Assembly (NCBI GenBank): GCA_017457285.1
Contig: JAFTHT010000007.1
Location: 10,631 to 74,630, forward strand
DNA: 64,000 nucleotides
Direction: 5' to 3'
Source of the DNA: Oscillospiraceae bacterium
Lineage (GTDB): Bacteria; Bacillota; Clostridia; Oscillospirales; Oscillospiraceae
The notes beneath the pieces were generated by a model. The model had not been told where the DNA came from. It saw nothing but the letters and a program-made list of their open reading frames with translations, and did no database searches. Made by a program: the position numbers and the translations under genes. This document shows positions 9,043-17,918 of this stretch, in pieces; the first letter of the stretch is position 1, and each line of letters opens with the position of its first letter.

Positions 9043-9750
9043 ATGATAGTGGCAATTTGCGATGATGATTCTCTTTGCCGGGATCATTTGTATGGAATTC
9101 TAAATGCATACCGCACGCAGCATCGGGTGCAAATGGAAATATATCACTTCGACAGCGGAAAAGCCTTGCTTGACTCACCGCGCCGGTTTGACCTGATTTT
9201 TCTGGACTACCAGATGCCGGGGCTCAACGGCATGGATGCCGCCCGAACTCTGCGGTCCCGAAATATGACCTGCAGCATTGTGTTTATCACAAGCTACCCC
9301 CAATTTGTGCTGGAGTCTTTTGAAGTGCAGCCTTACCGCTTCCTGCTAAAGCCCGCTCAACAGGATCAGATTCATGGCCTGCTGAACACATTTTGGGAGC
9401 AGCAGCGAAAGCTGGCACCCATTGTGGTCGTACAGGATGGATGCCAAATAACCATCGAGGCCAAGGACATTCTGTACTTGGAGGGCAGCGGCAAGAACTG
9501 TATCATCCGTACTGCAGAGCAAACCTATACCTGCTCCAAAACCCTGGCCCAGGCCCATGCCTTGCTGCCACAGCATTGCTTTTACCGCACCCACAAATCC
9601 TTCGTAGTGAACCTGTACAGCATTCGCTCCTTTGATAAGGAAAATGTAACACTGATTAACGGCGAGGCCGCCCGTATCGGACGAAACAATCTGACGGAAT
9701 TCCGCCAGATTTATGCGCAGTTTGTGAAGGATTATTATATAAAAGTATGA
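9043..9750 (+). CDS. LytTR-family response regulator (AgrA-like)
   Basis: AICDDD, LIFLDYQMPGLNG, FLLKP receiver; FYRTHKSFVVNL LytTR motif; TGcTATAAT at 9012-9020. Confidence 0.92.
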   Translation: MIVAICDDDSLCRDHLYGILNAYRTQHRVQMEIYHFDSGKALLDSPRRFDLIFLDYQMPGLNGMDAARTLRSRNMTCSIVFITSYPQFVLESFEVQPYRFLLKPAQQDQIHGLLNTFWEQQRKLAPIVVVQDGCQITIEAKDILYLEGSGKNCIIRTAEQTYTCSKTLAQAHALLPQHCFYRTHKSFVVNLYSIRSFDKENVTLINGEAARIGRNNLTEFRQIYAQFVKDYYIKV

Positions 9751-11039
9751 AAAGTGTTATGTTTTTGCTACTATTTAGTACAATAAGCTACATAATTATC
9801 CTGCTATTTGCAGGGCATGTGATTGGCTGTAAATCAAGAGATTTTCGGTTACCCATTGTGATGCTCCTAATATATGTTTTAGGACTAAATGCAATTTATA
9901 TTTGGTGGCCTGCAACAATCACATATGACATGATATTGGTAGTATTTAGTCTTTTGTGTCGTATTCTGGCAGTGAAGTGGATATTTCCGAGTTTTAAGTT
10001 GAGGTATTACGTTGTTTTCCAATTATTTCTGAGTTGTTATACCGATCTGGCTCTGCACTTGGTTTACTTGATTTGGGACGTATGCATCGACTGGATGGTA
10101 ATTGTTTATCTGGTGGTTTACGTTATTTGTCTGGGAGTGTTATTAAGCCCTATACGCCATCTGTTCCGACAAATCTATCTTCATACTCCCACATATGTAT
10201 TATGGATCACTGCAATCTCGCTGACAGTTTCGATAGGTTTGATTGAAGATGTTGGTATTTTGTACATAGAATCACCGAATGATTCTTTGAAAAAAACCTT
10301 TTTGGCGGTAACCTTAGTGACAACTGCTGGATTATCCATCATGTTTCCCGCGGTTATGTTCGTGTCTTCTATTAACAAGCGGCTCCGGGGGCTGGCGGCC
10401 AATTATGAGGCTCAGATTCAGGCCCAGGCAACCCATTACCAAACTCTGGCGGCATCCAATTTCGAGATTCGTCGGTTTCGTCATGATTACAAGAATACCC
10501 GTATTGCCATCGAGCAGCTTCTATCTGATGGCCAGACAGAGCAAGCGTTGCAAGTGCTGCGTGATTGCGAGGATTCTCTCCGGCACCCCAACATCCTGTT
10601 CGATACGGGCAACGGCATCGCCGATGCGCTGCTGACCGATAAGCAGCGCCTTGCTGTCCGGCAGTATGCGGACATCCACTTCCGGGGCAGCATCCCATCC
10701 AATGTGCTGGCACCCACGGATGTGTGCGTTTTGCTGGGTAACACCCTGGATAATGCCATCGAAGCCTGTGCCAAGCTGACTCACGATGAAAAGCACATTA
10801 TTTCTGTAACCTGCGATTGCAGCAGCGGATTCCTGTTTCTGACCATCAAAAACCCTATCCAGGACCGGGTCATCATTCAAAACAACCAAGTCATGACCAC
10901 CAAGGAAGACAAAGCAGCCCATGGCTTTGGCATTCAATCCCTCCACACTGTGGCGAAAAAGTACAGCGGCACGGTGAAACTCAATGCAGACGACGGCTAT
11001 TTTACTGTCACCATCGATTTGTGTCTGCCAACAAAATAA
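9747..11039 (+). CDS. GHKL sensor histidine kinase (AgrC/HPK10-like)
   Basis: Multi-TM N-terminus, RRFRHDYKN H-box, LGNTLDNAIEA N-box, TTK...HGFGI G-box. Confidence 0.9.
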   Translation: MKSVMFLLLFSTISYIIILLFAGHVIGCKSRDFRLPIVMLLIYVLGLNAIYIWWPATITYDMILVVFSLLCRILAVKWIFPSFKLRYYVVFQLFLSCYTDLALHLVYLIWDVCIDWMVIVYLVVYVICLGVLLSPIRHLFRQIYLHTPTYVLWITAISLTVSIGLIEDVGILYIESPNDSLKKTFLAVTLVTTAGLSIMFPAVMFVSSINKRLRGLAANYEAQIQAQATHYQTLAASNFEIRRFRHDYKNTRIAIEQLLSDGQTEQALQVLRDCEDSLRHPNILFDTGNGIADALLTDKQRLAVRQYADIHFRGSIPSNVLAPTDVCVLLGNTLDNAIEACAKLTHDEKHIISVTCDCSSGFLFLTIKNPIQDRVIIQNNQVMTTKEDKAAHGFGIQSLHTVAKKYSGTVKLNADDGYFTVTIDLCLPTK

Positions 11040-11040
11040 C

Positions 11041-11070
11041 ATCAGCCGTCCTTTTATGGGCACGGCTGAT
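11041..11070 (+). terminator. Hairpin after kinase gene
   Basis: atcagccgt-ccttttatgggc-acggctgat; no clear U tract. Confidence 0.5.
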
Positions 11071-11140
11071 ACCATTCACTCCCGGTTTGATACCGAAAAC
11101 TCCATCCCCTGTTGTGGCAACGCATCTTCGGCGCTACAAT
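11071..11140 (+). promoter_or_regulatory. Putative LytTR-activated promoter of the transglutaminase/dockerin gene
   Basis: accattcactcc / accgaaaactcc (21-bp period), cccctgttgtg, TACAAT at 11135-11140; near copy of 8913-8982. Confidence 0.75.
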
Positions 11141-11175
11141 AGGGCTGTAAACAACACGAAACGGAGGGAATCATA

Positions 11176-13353
11176 ATGCGTAAACATATGAAATGGCTCT
11201 GGATACTGTTACTGATTGTACTAATGGGAGGCATACGGCAGTCTGCCCATGCCACTACTGTCAACAACTCCCCTGACAAGTATCTGACACGCCAGGAAGC
11301 GGTAGCGGAACTGCGGCGGCAGATGACACTCCGGAATCCGGAATTTCAGATTTATATCGACACGCCCTATGAGTATTATTTGGAACAGAATCTGATATAT
11401 GAAGCCATGGATCATACCGGCAACCCCACGGAGGGTGACTATCTGTTATGGCAATATACTGATATTCATATCGAACGGAAATTGACAGACAAAGATGATC
11501 GTCTTCGTGGCTATATTACATATTCCATTGAATACCGCACCACTGCCGAGCAGGAAAAAGAAGTTGACGCGGCGGTGCAGCAGATTCTGGACGAACTGGA
11601 TTTATATGATGCCAGCGACGTGGACAAAGCCTACGGCATCCACGACTACATTTGCCGCAACGTCCAATACGACTATAGTTATAATGAACTTGCTTATTCG
11701 GCATATGGCGCTATTATCAACAATCAGGCTGTTTGTCAAGGCTATACCCTGATGTTCTATCGGCTGGCCCTGGAGCTGGGCATTGACAACCGAATCCTGG
11801 GTGACGACCATCACGGTATGAACATGGTCTGTATGGAGGGAAAATACTACATTGTAGACACCACCTGGGACGCAGGAAATGAACACTACGAGTATTTTCT
11901 TCTGAGCATGAAAAACTACGACGAAAATGCCGTGCTTCCGGAAGGCTCCGAGGAACAGTACCCCATGGGCGAGCACAACTACTGCGGCGGCAGCGGCACC
12001 TTCGGCAATGGCTTGAAATGGAAAGCCACCAACGATGGTACCCTGACCATCAGCGGCAGCGGTGCCATGCCGGATTATACAGCGACACTGCTGTATGATA
12101 CGGATGTACGGCCACCCTGGCTGCGAATTCAGAATGAAATTCAAGCCATTGTCATTGAGGACGGCATTACCTATATTAGCGAACACAGCTTTTATGAAAT
12201 GCCAAATTTGAAAACAGTTCGGATGGCAGACAGTGTCACTGCAATTGGAAAGCGTGCCTTTGGCGGCTGTACCAATCTGAAGTTCGTTTATTTTGACGGC
12301 AGCCCGGAGGAATGGGAGCGGATTGAAATCGGCGTAGATAACGATTCTCTGCTGACGGCGGAGTTTGAGTTCCATGAGGATTCCGCAGGGGATATCTGCG
12401 GCGGTGACCATCAATGGGGTGACTGGGAAATCACAATAGAACCCACCTGTACCGAGGAAGGCATGAAAGCTCTGACCTGCTCCGCCTGCGGCCGTCAAAT
12501 CACCGAGACCATTGAAGCTTTGGACCACTTTTTCGGCGAATGGTATGGCGCCGATGATTTCGACTGCACTCTGGGTGGCACCGTCCGGAAAGACTGCCAG
12601 CGCTGCGGTCTCAGCGAATTCTACGACCTGCCACCTACGACCCACTGTTTCTATCGTTACGTCAGCGATGGCAATGCCACCGAGGAGTCCGATGGTACCA
12701 AGACTGCCCACTGCATTAGCCTGTGCTGCACCGTCACCGATACCATCGTGGACGAAGGCTCGAAGCTGCTGCCAAGCACGATTACTTCGGATGTTTATCA
12801 AATCCAGTGGGGCTATTATCCTGATGATAATCACATTGTAGTAGGCGCACAGGTGGCATATATTTTCGGCATAAGCCCCGGTACGACGAAGGATGAATTC
12901 CTGGCCAATCTCCATCAGGAGAATGTCGGCATTTATGATCCGTTCTACTCCGATAGTGAAATTGTTACAAGTGGCATGATCGTGTCCCTCTGGAATGATT
13001 ATATGGCCTATGCGGATTGGGAAATCGTTGTAATGGGCGATGTAAACTGCGATGGTTACGCTACGATAGAGGATGCCGAGTCTGTGGCGCGGGTTCTGGC
13101 CAAGGAGTATGGGGACTACGGCTACCGTCCGGCCATGGATCACAATCGTGATAAAGCCATCACTGCTGTGGATTTGGTGCTGCTTCGTTCCTTTATTAAG
13201 GGTATGAAGGATCCTCTTCCCACCTTGGGAGAGGGGGGGCAACGCCCAGATCACCGGCCCGGCCAGGGTGCTGGAGGGTGGTATCTTTACAGTCTGCTAC
13301 GAGATCCAGGGCTCCGGCATCCTGAATACTACGGGTACGATTTTTTACGATGA
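11176..13353 (+). CDS. Secreted multidomain protein: transglutaminase-like + BspA-type LRR + Cys-rich repeats + dockerin (N-terminal part of a frameshifted gene)
   Basis: Signal peptide; VCQGY..HGMN..VDTTWD (Cys-His-Asp); GTLTISGSGAM, VTAIGKRAFGGC; PTCTEEG; GDVNCDG...DHNRDKAITAVDL dockerin. Confidence 0.8.
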   Translation: MRKHMKWLWILLLIVLMGGIRQSAHATTVNNSPDKYLTRQEAVAELRRQMTLRNPEFQIYIDTPYEYYLEQNLIYEAMDHTGNPTEGDYLLWQYTDIHIERKLTDKDDRLRGYITYSIEYRTTAEQEKEVDAAVQQILDELDLYDASDVDKAYGIHDYICRNVQYDYSYNELAYSAYGAIINNQAVCQGYTLMFYRLALELGIDNRILGDDHHGMNMVCMEGKYYIVDTTWDAGNEHYEYFLLSMKNYDENAVLPEGSEEQYPMGEHNYCGGSGTFGNGLKWKATNDGTLTISGSGAMPDYTATLLYDTDVRPPWLRIQNEIQAIVIEDGITYISEHSFYEMPNLKTVRMADSVTAIGKRAFGGCTNLKFVYFDGSPEEWERIEIGVDNDSLLTAEFEFHEDSAGDICGGDHQWGDWEITIEPTCTEEGMKALTCSACGRQITETIEALDHFFGEWYGADDFDCTLGGTVRKDCQRCGLSEFYDLPPTTHCFYRYVSDGNATEESDGTKTAHCISLCCTVTDTIVDEGSKLLPSTITSDVYQIQWGYYPDDNHIVVGAQVAYIFGISPGTTKDEFLANLHQENVGIYDPFYSDSEIVTSGMIVSLWNDYMAYADWEIVVMGDVNCDGYATIEDAESVARVLAKEYGDYGYRPAMDHNRDKAITAVDLVLLRSFIKGMKDPLPTLGEGGQRPDHRPGQGAGGWYLYSLLRDPGLRHPEYYGYDFLR

Positions 13354-14539
13354 AGATAAGCTGGAACTTCTGGATGTTGAATATTTAATGGAATCCCCCT
13401 GGAAAGTTGTACATCATCGGAGAGAAAAAGTGAGCCATTATGGCCCGATGAAACCTGATGGATCGTGTGATTATGTTGTAAGAACCGCAATCTATGTGGC
13501 AGCAGAAGACGAAAGTATAGAAAACCCCTTGAATGGATCCGCCAAAATTCTGAATTTAAGATTCCGGATTAAGGATATCCCCGTGGGCAAAAACGTAAAG
13601 GTGGATTTGATTTCAACGCAAATCACCGGCGGAGACGGAACACACGAGACCGAGTTACAAAGTTACAAAGGAAAAGTAGTAGCGGAAGGCGAAGCCCCTG
13701 TGGCACCAACTTGGCCGACCGAACCGACGGAAACAGTGAAACCTGCAAAACCTACTGAACCTACGCAAACTGAGAAGCCTACGGAGCCTTCCGCTCCTGC
13801 GGAAACGATCGAACCAACGGAGCCATCGGCCCCTGTGGAAACGACGGAACCTACGAGTCCTTCCGCACCTGCAGAAACCCTTGCACCTACAGAGCCTGCG
13901 GAAACTGAGAATCCTACGGAGCCTTCTCCCCCTGTGGAAACGACGGAACCTACGAGTCCTTCCGCACCTGCAGAAACCCTTGCACCTACAGAGCCTGCGG
14001 AAACAGAGAATTCTGCGGAACCTTCTACCCCTGTAGAAACGACGGAATCTACAAGTCCTTCCGCACCTGCAGAAACCCATGCACCTACAGAGCCTGCGGA
14101 AACAGAGAATTCTACGGAACCTTCTGCCCCTGTGGAAACGACGGAACCTACAAATCCTTCCACACCTGCAGAAACCCTTGCACCTACAGAGCCTGCGGAA
14201 ACAGAGAATTCTACGGAACCTTCTGCCCCTGTGGAAACGACGGAATCTACAAGTCCTTCCACACCTGCAGAAACCCTTGCACCTACAGAGCCTGCGGAAA
14301 CAGAGAATTCTACGGAACCTTCTACCCCTGCGGAAATCATTGCCCCTACGGAAGCTTCTTTTCCTGAAGAATCAAAAGATTCCGTTGTTCCTACAGAAAA
14401 AAAGGAGTCCTCGAAAGAATCTACGAATAATCATCTTCATATAATCATAACGCTGGTTTTAGAAGTAGTCGCCGGGTCAAGTGTCTACCTGATTATGAAA
14501 AAACATAAACAGAATGCAAACACAAAAGTGGATAAATAA
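13240..14539 (+). CDS. Cohesin-like domain + Pro/Thr/Glu stalk + C-terminal membrane anchor (+1 frame continuation of previous ORF)
   Basis: Frame reads GNAQITGPARVLEGGIFTV...IFYDEDKLELLDV from the G7 tract at 13233-13239; hydrophobic C-terminus then KKHK. Confidence 0.65.
13831..14330 (+). repeat. Five 99-bp (33-aa) coding tandem repeats
   Basis: Unit PVETTEPTSPSAPAETLAPTEPAETENSTEPSA starting near 13831, 13930, 14029, 14128, 14227. Confidence 0.9.
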
Positions 14540-14601
14540 CTGATATCAAAGGATCCGCATTTTGAATCCTCCAGTGTCGTCGGGTAATGGCAAATAACAA
14601 G

Positions 14602-14640
14602 CCCCTGATTTTCCGTTTTTATTGGAAAATCAGGGGTATT
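14602..14640 (+). terminator. Intrinsic terminator
   Basis: cccctgattttcc-gtttttatt-ggaaaatcagggg-tatttat. Confidence 0.65.
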
Positions 14641-14699
14641 TATCGGTTTTGGAAAGGCTAGACTGGCAAAAAAAAGAGACAGTCTTTCGACCGTCTCTT

Positions 14700-14787
14700 T
14701 GGTGGGCGAGGCGGGACTTGAACCCGCACGTCCGCAGTGAACACTAGAACCTGAATCTAGCGAGTCTACCAATTCCACCACTCGCCC
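14700..14787 (-). tRNA. tRNA-Leu(CAG)
   Basis: GGGCGAGTGGTGGAATTGGTAGAC...CTAGA TT CAG GT TCTAG...GGTTCAAGTCCCGCCTCGCCCACCA; TTGACA-N17-TATGAT promoter at 14848-14820. Confidence 0.96.
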
Positions 14788-14895
14788 ATATTTTGTTCCT
14801 GTCTTGCGACAGCTTCGGTATCATATCACAGCTTTATCCATTTGTCAACCACAAAATTAAAAATTCTGCCCCGGAAATTTTCCGGGGCAGGGGAG

Positions 14896-16254
14896 TCAGA
14901 TTTTCATAATGCCCAGTACATCCAGGACTGAGGAAATCAGGATCAGGATGATGCAGATCGGGGCGATGTATTTGATCATGACGACAAACATCTTCTTACG
15001 GCCGAATTTACCGCTGAGCTCTACTTCGTCGATCAGGGGCTGGGGCTTGATGACATAGCCGATGAAATAGCAGGTAATCAGGGCTACGATGGGCATGAGG
15101 ATGCTGTTGGAGGCAAAGTCGAACATATCCAGAATCGTCAAGCCTGCAAAGGAGATGCCGCTCCAGACACCAAAACCCAGAGAAGAGGGGAGGCCCAGGC
15201 CGATGCAGCCAAGCAGGACGATGATACAGGTGGTCTTGCGGCTCCAGCCGAATTTATCCCGAAAGATGGACACAACGGTTTCCATCAGAGAAATGGAGGA
15301 GGTCAAGGCCGCGAACAGCACCAGCAGGAAAAACAGGGTGCCCACAATGCCGCCGCCAACGCCGCCAATGCTGTTGAACACCTTCGGCAGGGTGACGAAC
15401 ATCAGGCCGGGACCCTTGCCCAGGGCGCTTTCGTCGCCGCCGGAGAAGGAGAACACCGCGGGGATGACCATCAGTCCGGCCAGAAACGCAACGCCGGTGT
15501 CGAACAGTTCAATTTGCTTGACCGATGCTTCAATGCTGACATCCTTTTTCATGTAGGAGCCATAGGTAATCATAATGCCCATGGCCAGGGACATGGAATA
15601 AAACAGCTGCCCCATGGCTGCCAGCACGGTTGTGGCGGAGAATTTGGAGAAATCCGGGGTGATGTAGTAAAGGACACCCTCCATGGCACCTGGCATACAC
15701 ATGGAATAGATGGCGATGCCCAGGGTCAGGACCACCAGGACGGGCATCAAAAATTTGCTGACGCTTTCGATGCCCTTTTCGACACCAAGCAGTACGATCA
15801 GGGCCGTTGCACCGATGAACAGCAGGAACCAACCGATGGGCTCCATGGGCTGGGCGATGAAGGTCTCGAAATAACCCTCCGCTGCTGCGGCGCCGCCCTG
15901 GCCGGTGAGAAATACCGTCAGATATTTTGTAACCCAGCCGCCAATGACGGCGTAGTAGGGCAGGATCATCATGGGCACGATGGAGGCCATGATGCCGATG
16001 AATTTGTATTTTTTATTCAGGGACGAAAAGGCACCGATGGCGCTCTGGCCGGTTTTACGGCCCAATGCAATCTCGCCTACCATCAGGGCGAAGCCGAAGG
16101 TCAGCGACAAAATCAGATACACCAACAGAAAAATACCGCCACCGTACTTGGCCGCCAGGTAGGGGAACCGCCAGATGTTGCCCAGACCGACGGCAGAACC
16201 GGCTGCCGCCAGCACAAAGCCGATTTTGCCGGTAAAGCTGCTTCTTTTGTTCAT
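14896..16254 (-). CDS. Sodium-dependent transporter, NSS/SNF family
   Basis: LAAAGSAVGLGNIWRFPY signature, multi-TM; hairpin 14866-14890 downstream. Confidence 0.92.
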   Translation of the reverse strand: MNKRSSFTGKIGFVLAAAGSAVGLGNIWRFPYLAAKYGGGIFLLVYLILSLTFGFALMVGEIALGRKTGQSAIGAFSSLNKKYKFIGIMASIVPMMILPYYAVIGGWVTKYLTVFLTGQGGAAAAEGYFETFIAQPMEPIGWFLLFIGATALIVLLGVEKGIESVSKFLMPVLVVLTLGIAIYSMCMPGAMEGVLYYITPDFSKFSATTVLAAMGQLFYSMSLAMGIMITYGSYMKKDVSIEASVKQIELFDTGVAFLAGLMVIPAVFSFSGGDESALGKGPGLMFVTLPKVFNSIGGVGGGIVGTLFFLLVLFAALTSSISLMETVVSIFRDKFGWSRKTTCIIVLLGCIGLGLPSSLGFGVWSGISFAGLTILDMFDFASNSILMPIVALITCYFIGYVIKPQPLIDEVELSGKFGRKKMFVVMIKYIAPICIILILISSVLDVLGIMKI

Positions 16255-16292
16255 AGTTACCTCCAAATGATACAGTGATATGTGCGAATAAT

Positions 16293-17357
16293 TTATTCCA
16301 GTACAGTTTTCTTCATATCAAATGATATTTCATAGTGTGAATTCGTATATTGGTCGTATATATCGATGGTAGTGTTATGCGCTTGCAACAGCGGCGTGCG
16401 GTAGCGGAGCTCTTTTAAGACACGGGCGGTGTCCGCGACCAGATAGTGTGTTTTACCGTTGGTTTGCAGCAAAGGGAACATCCAGAAGCGGTCCACCAAT
16501 TCTCTTAACGAGTTGCGTACGATTTCTGTTGCGGCTTGGTCATATTCCAGAATTGCGATGGAAACGCCGTATTTTTTACACTCTTTGCGGAATGTTTCCG
16601 CGTTTTTGGGTGAAAGCACGTCATCCAGATATTTCTGTGTGCAGGCAAAATTGTCCGATAAGCAAATGTTGTAAGTATGATACGAAATATGATTCGTATA
16701 TTGCGAGATGGCATCGGTGAGAATCGGGGTTAAAAACTCGTTTTTCTTACAGCATAGGGTCAAGGATTTTTGGCCGTATTCTTCGTCAAGGATTGCAGAG
16801 CTATAGCTAACATAAAACCATTGTTTCAGGTTATGCTGCATTTCCCGTGAGTCTTGTTCTTCGTAGTGAAAACGCTTAAAAAATCCACCGAAGGAGTATA
16901 AGTTGTTATGGAAGCTTCGGGGGGAAGGTTTGGATTCCTGACGAAACAGGCAAACACCATCCAAAGAGATTTCATCGAAGTGGCTGTTGAGACTTTGGAC
17001 CCGATTGGATAGAGGCTTGAAGCGCTGGCACCCGGGACACACCTTGTTGATAATCTCCCGAAGTCTGCTGTTGTATTCGGTTTGGTCCAATATCTCTACA
17101 TGAGTGGGGTATACTTTGTCGGGGTTCGTAATGGTGACCGGGCTGGGGGAGTCGTGGTAGCCGGAAAGAAAATATGGGGTGATACTACGTCCCTTTATTA
17201 TGGCGTGATTTCGGGCATTGTAATCTTCACGCAGTACGACCATGTGGTATTGGGCCGGCAGGGGCGATGTCTGAAGGTCTTGTATAAATGCGTCATAATC
17301 AGAAAAATTGTCTGGCAAGAGCATATACATTCCTTCGTAGTAGATTGCATTTTGCAT
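16293..17357 (-). CDS. Hypothetical protein (lower GC, CxxC)
   Basis: Start taken at MQNAIY after aaaaggcg; longer ORF call overlaps tRNA-Ser; CPGC motif. Confidence 0.6.
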   Translation of the reverse strand: MQNAIYYEGMYMLLPDNFSDYDAFIQDLQTSPLPAQYHMVVLREDYNARNHAIIKGRSITPYFLSGYHDSPSPVTITNPDKVYPTHVEILDQTEYNSRLREIINKVCPGCQRFKPLSNRVQSLNSHFDEISLDGVCLFRQESKPSPRSFHNNLYSFGGFFKRFHYEEQDSREMQHNLKQWFYVSYSSAILDEEYGQKSLTLCCKKNEFLTPILTDAISQYTNHISYHTYNICLSDNFACTQKYLDDVLSPKNAETFRKECKKYGVSIAILEYDQAATEIVRNSLRELVDRFWMFPLLQTNGKTHYLVADTARVLKELRYRTPLLQAHNTTIDIYDQYTNSHYEISFDMKKTVLE

Positions 17358-17449
17358 AAAGTAATCACGCCTTTTAGAGAAGAGAGAATAGTGAAAAGAG
17401 AAGAGAACAACAGAAACGACAGCTTTCTGCCGAAAGCTGTCGTTTCTGT

Positions 17450-17538
17450 TGGCGGAGAGAGTGGGATTCGAACCCACGGTGGGTTGCCCCATCACCAGTT
17501 TTCAAGACTGGCTCCTTAAACCGCTCGGACATCTCTCC
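17450..17538 (-). tRNA. tRNA-Ser(TGA)
   Basis: GGAGAGATGTCCGAGCGGTTTAAGGAGCCAGTC TTGAAA ACTGG...TTCGAATCCCACTCTCTCCGCCA; TTGACT-N17-TAAAAT promoter; terminator ~17412-17447. Confidence 0.96.
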
Positions 17539-17685
17539 GTACGGGATGGATTTTACCATTTTCAGGCCCAAAAGTCAATATGAAAGTTTTTCTACGGGAT
17601 ACATTTGTTTTTGAAACTAGTGCTTGACAAAAGGGGACAACTGTGCTAGAATACTTTGGCAGTCAAGTGAATATGCTTTTTATTC

Positions 17686-17777
17686 GGAGTGATACCCAAG
17701 AGGCCGAAGGGGCTCCCCTGCTAAGGGAGTAGGTGGTCAAAAGCCACGCGAGGGTTCAAATCCCTCTCACTCCGCCA
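17686..17777 (+). tRNA. tRNA-Ser(GCT)
   Basis: GGAGTGATACCCAAGAGGCCGAAGGGGCTCCC CTGCTAA GGGAG...TTCAAATCCCTCTCACTCCGCCA; TTGACA-N17-TAGAAT at 17624-17652. Confidence 0.96.
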
Positions 17778-17918
17778 GAGAAACGACAGCTTCCAATAGA
17801 GAGCTGTCATTTCTTTTTTCAACGCTCTGTTTAATCCCCTGGATACCGGATTTTTATAGTTTATACATAATAGAAAGTAGCTTAATATATACATCATTAT
17901 GAATATAGGAGAGATTAT

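Larger units (their letters stand above)
6766..14722. mobile_element. Decayed genomic island integrated at tRNA-Leu(CAG)
   Basis: Flanking 25-bp direct repeats, tyrosine integrase remnant next to distal att, accessory cargo with heterogeneous GC. Confidence 0.85.

Noticed and set aside
8881-11175. agrD-like autoinducer peptide or agrB near the two-component system
   Set aside because: No small ORF with RBS and cyclic-peptide features found by eye in the intergenic gaps
13831-14330. Regular repeats as a possible CRISPR array
   Set aside because: Contiguous in-frame 99-bp coding repeats with no unique spacers and no cas genes
17358-17495. N-terminal extension of ORF 16293-17495
   Set aside because: Overlaps tRNA-Ser(TGA) and its terminator; start reassigned to 17357
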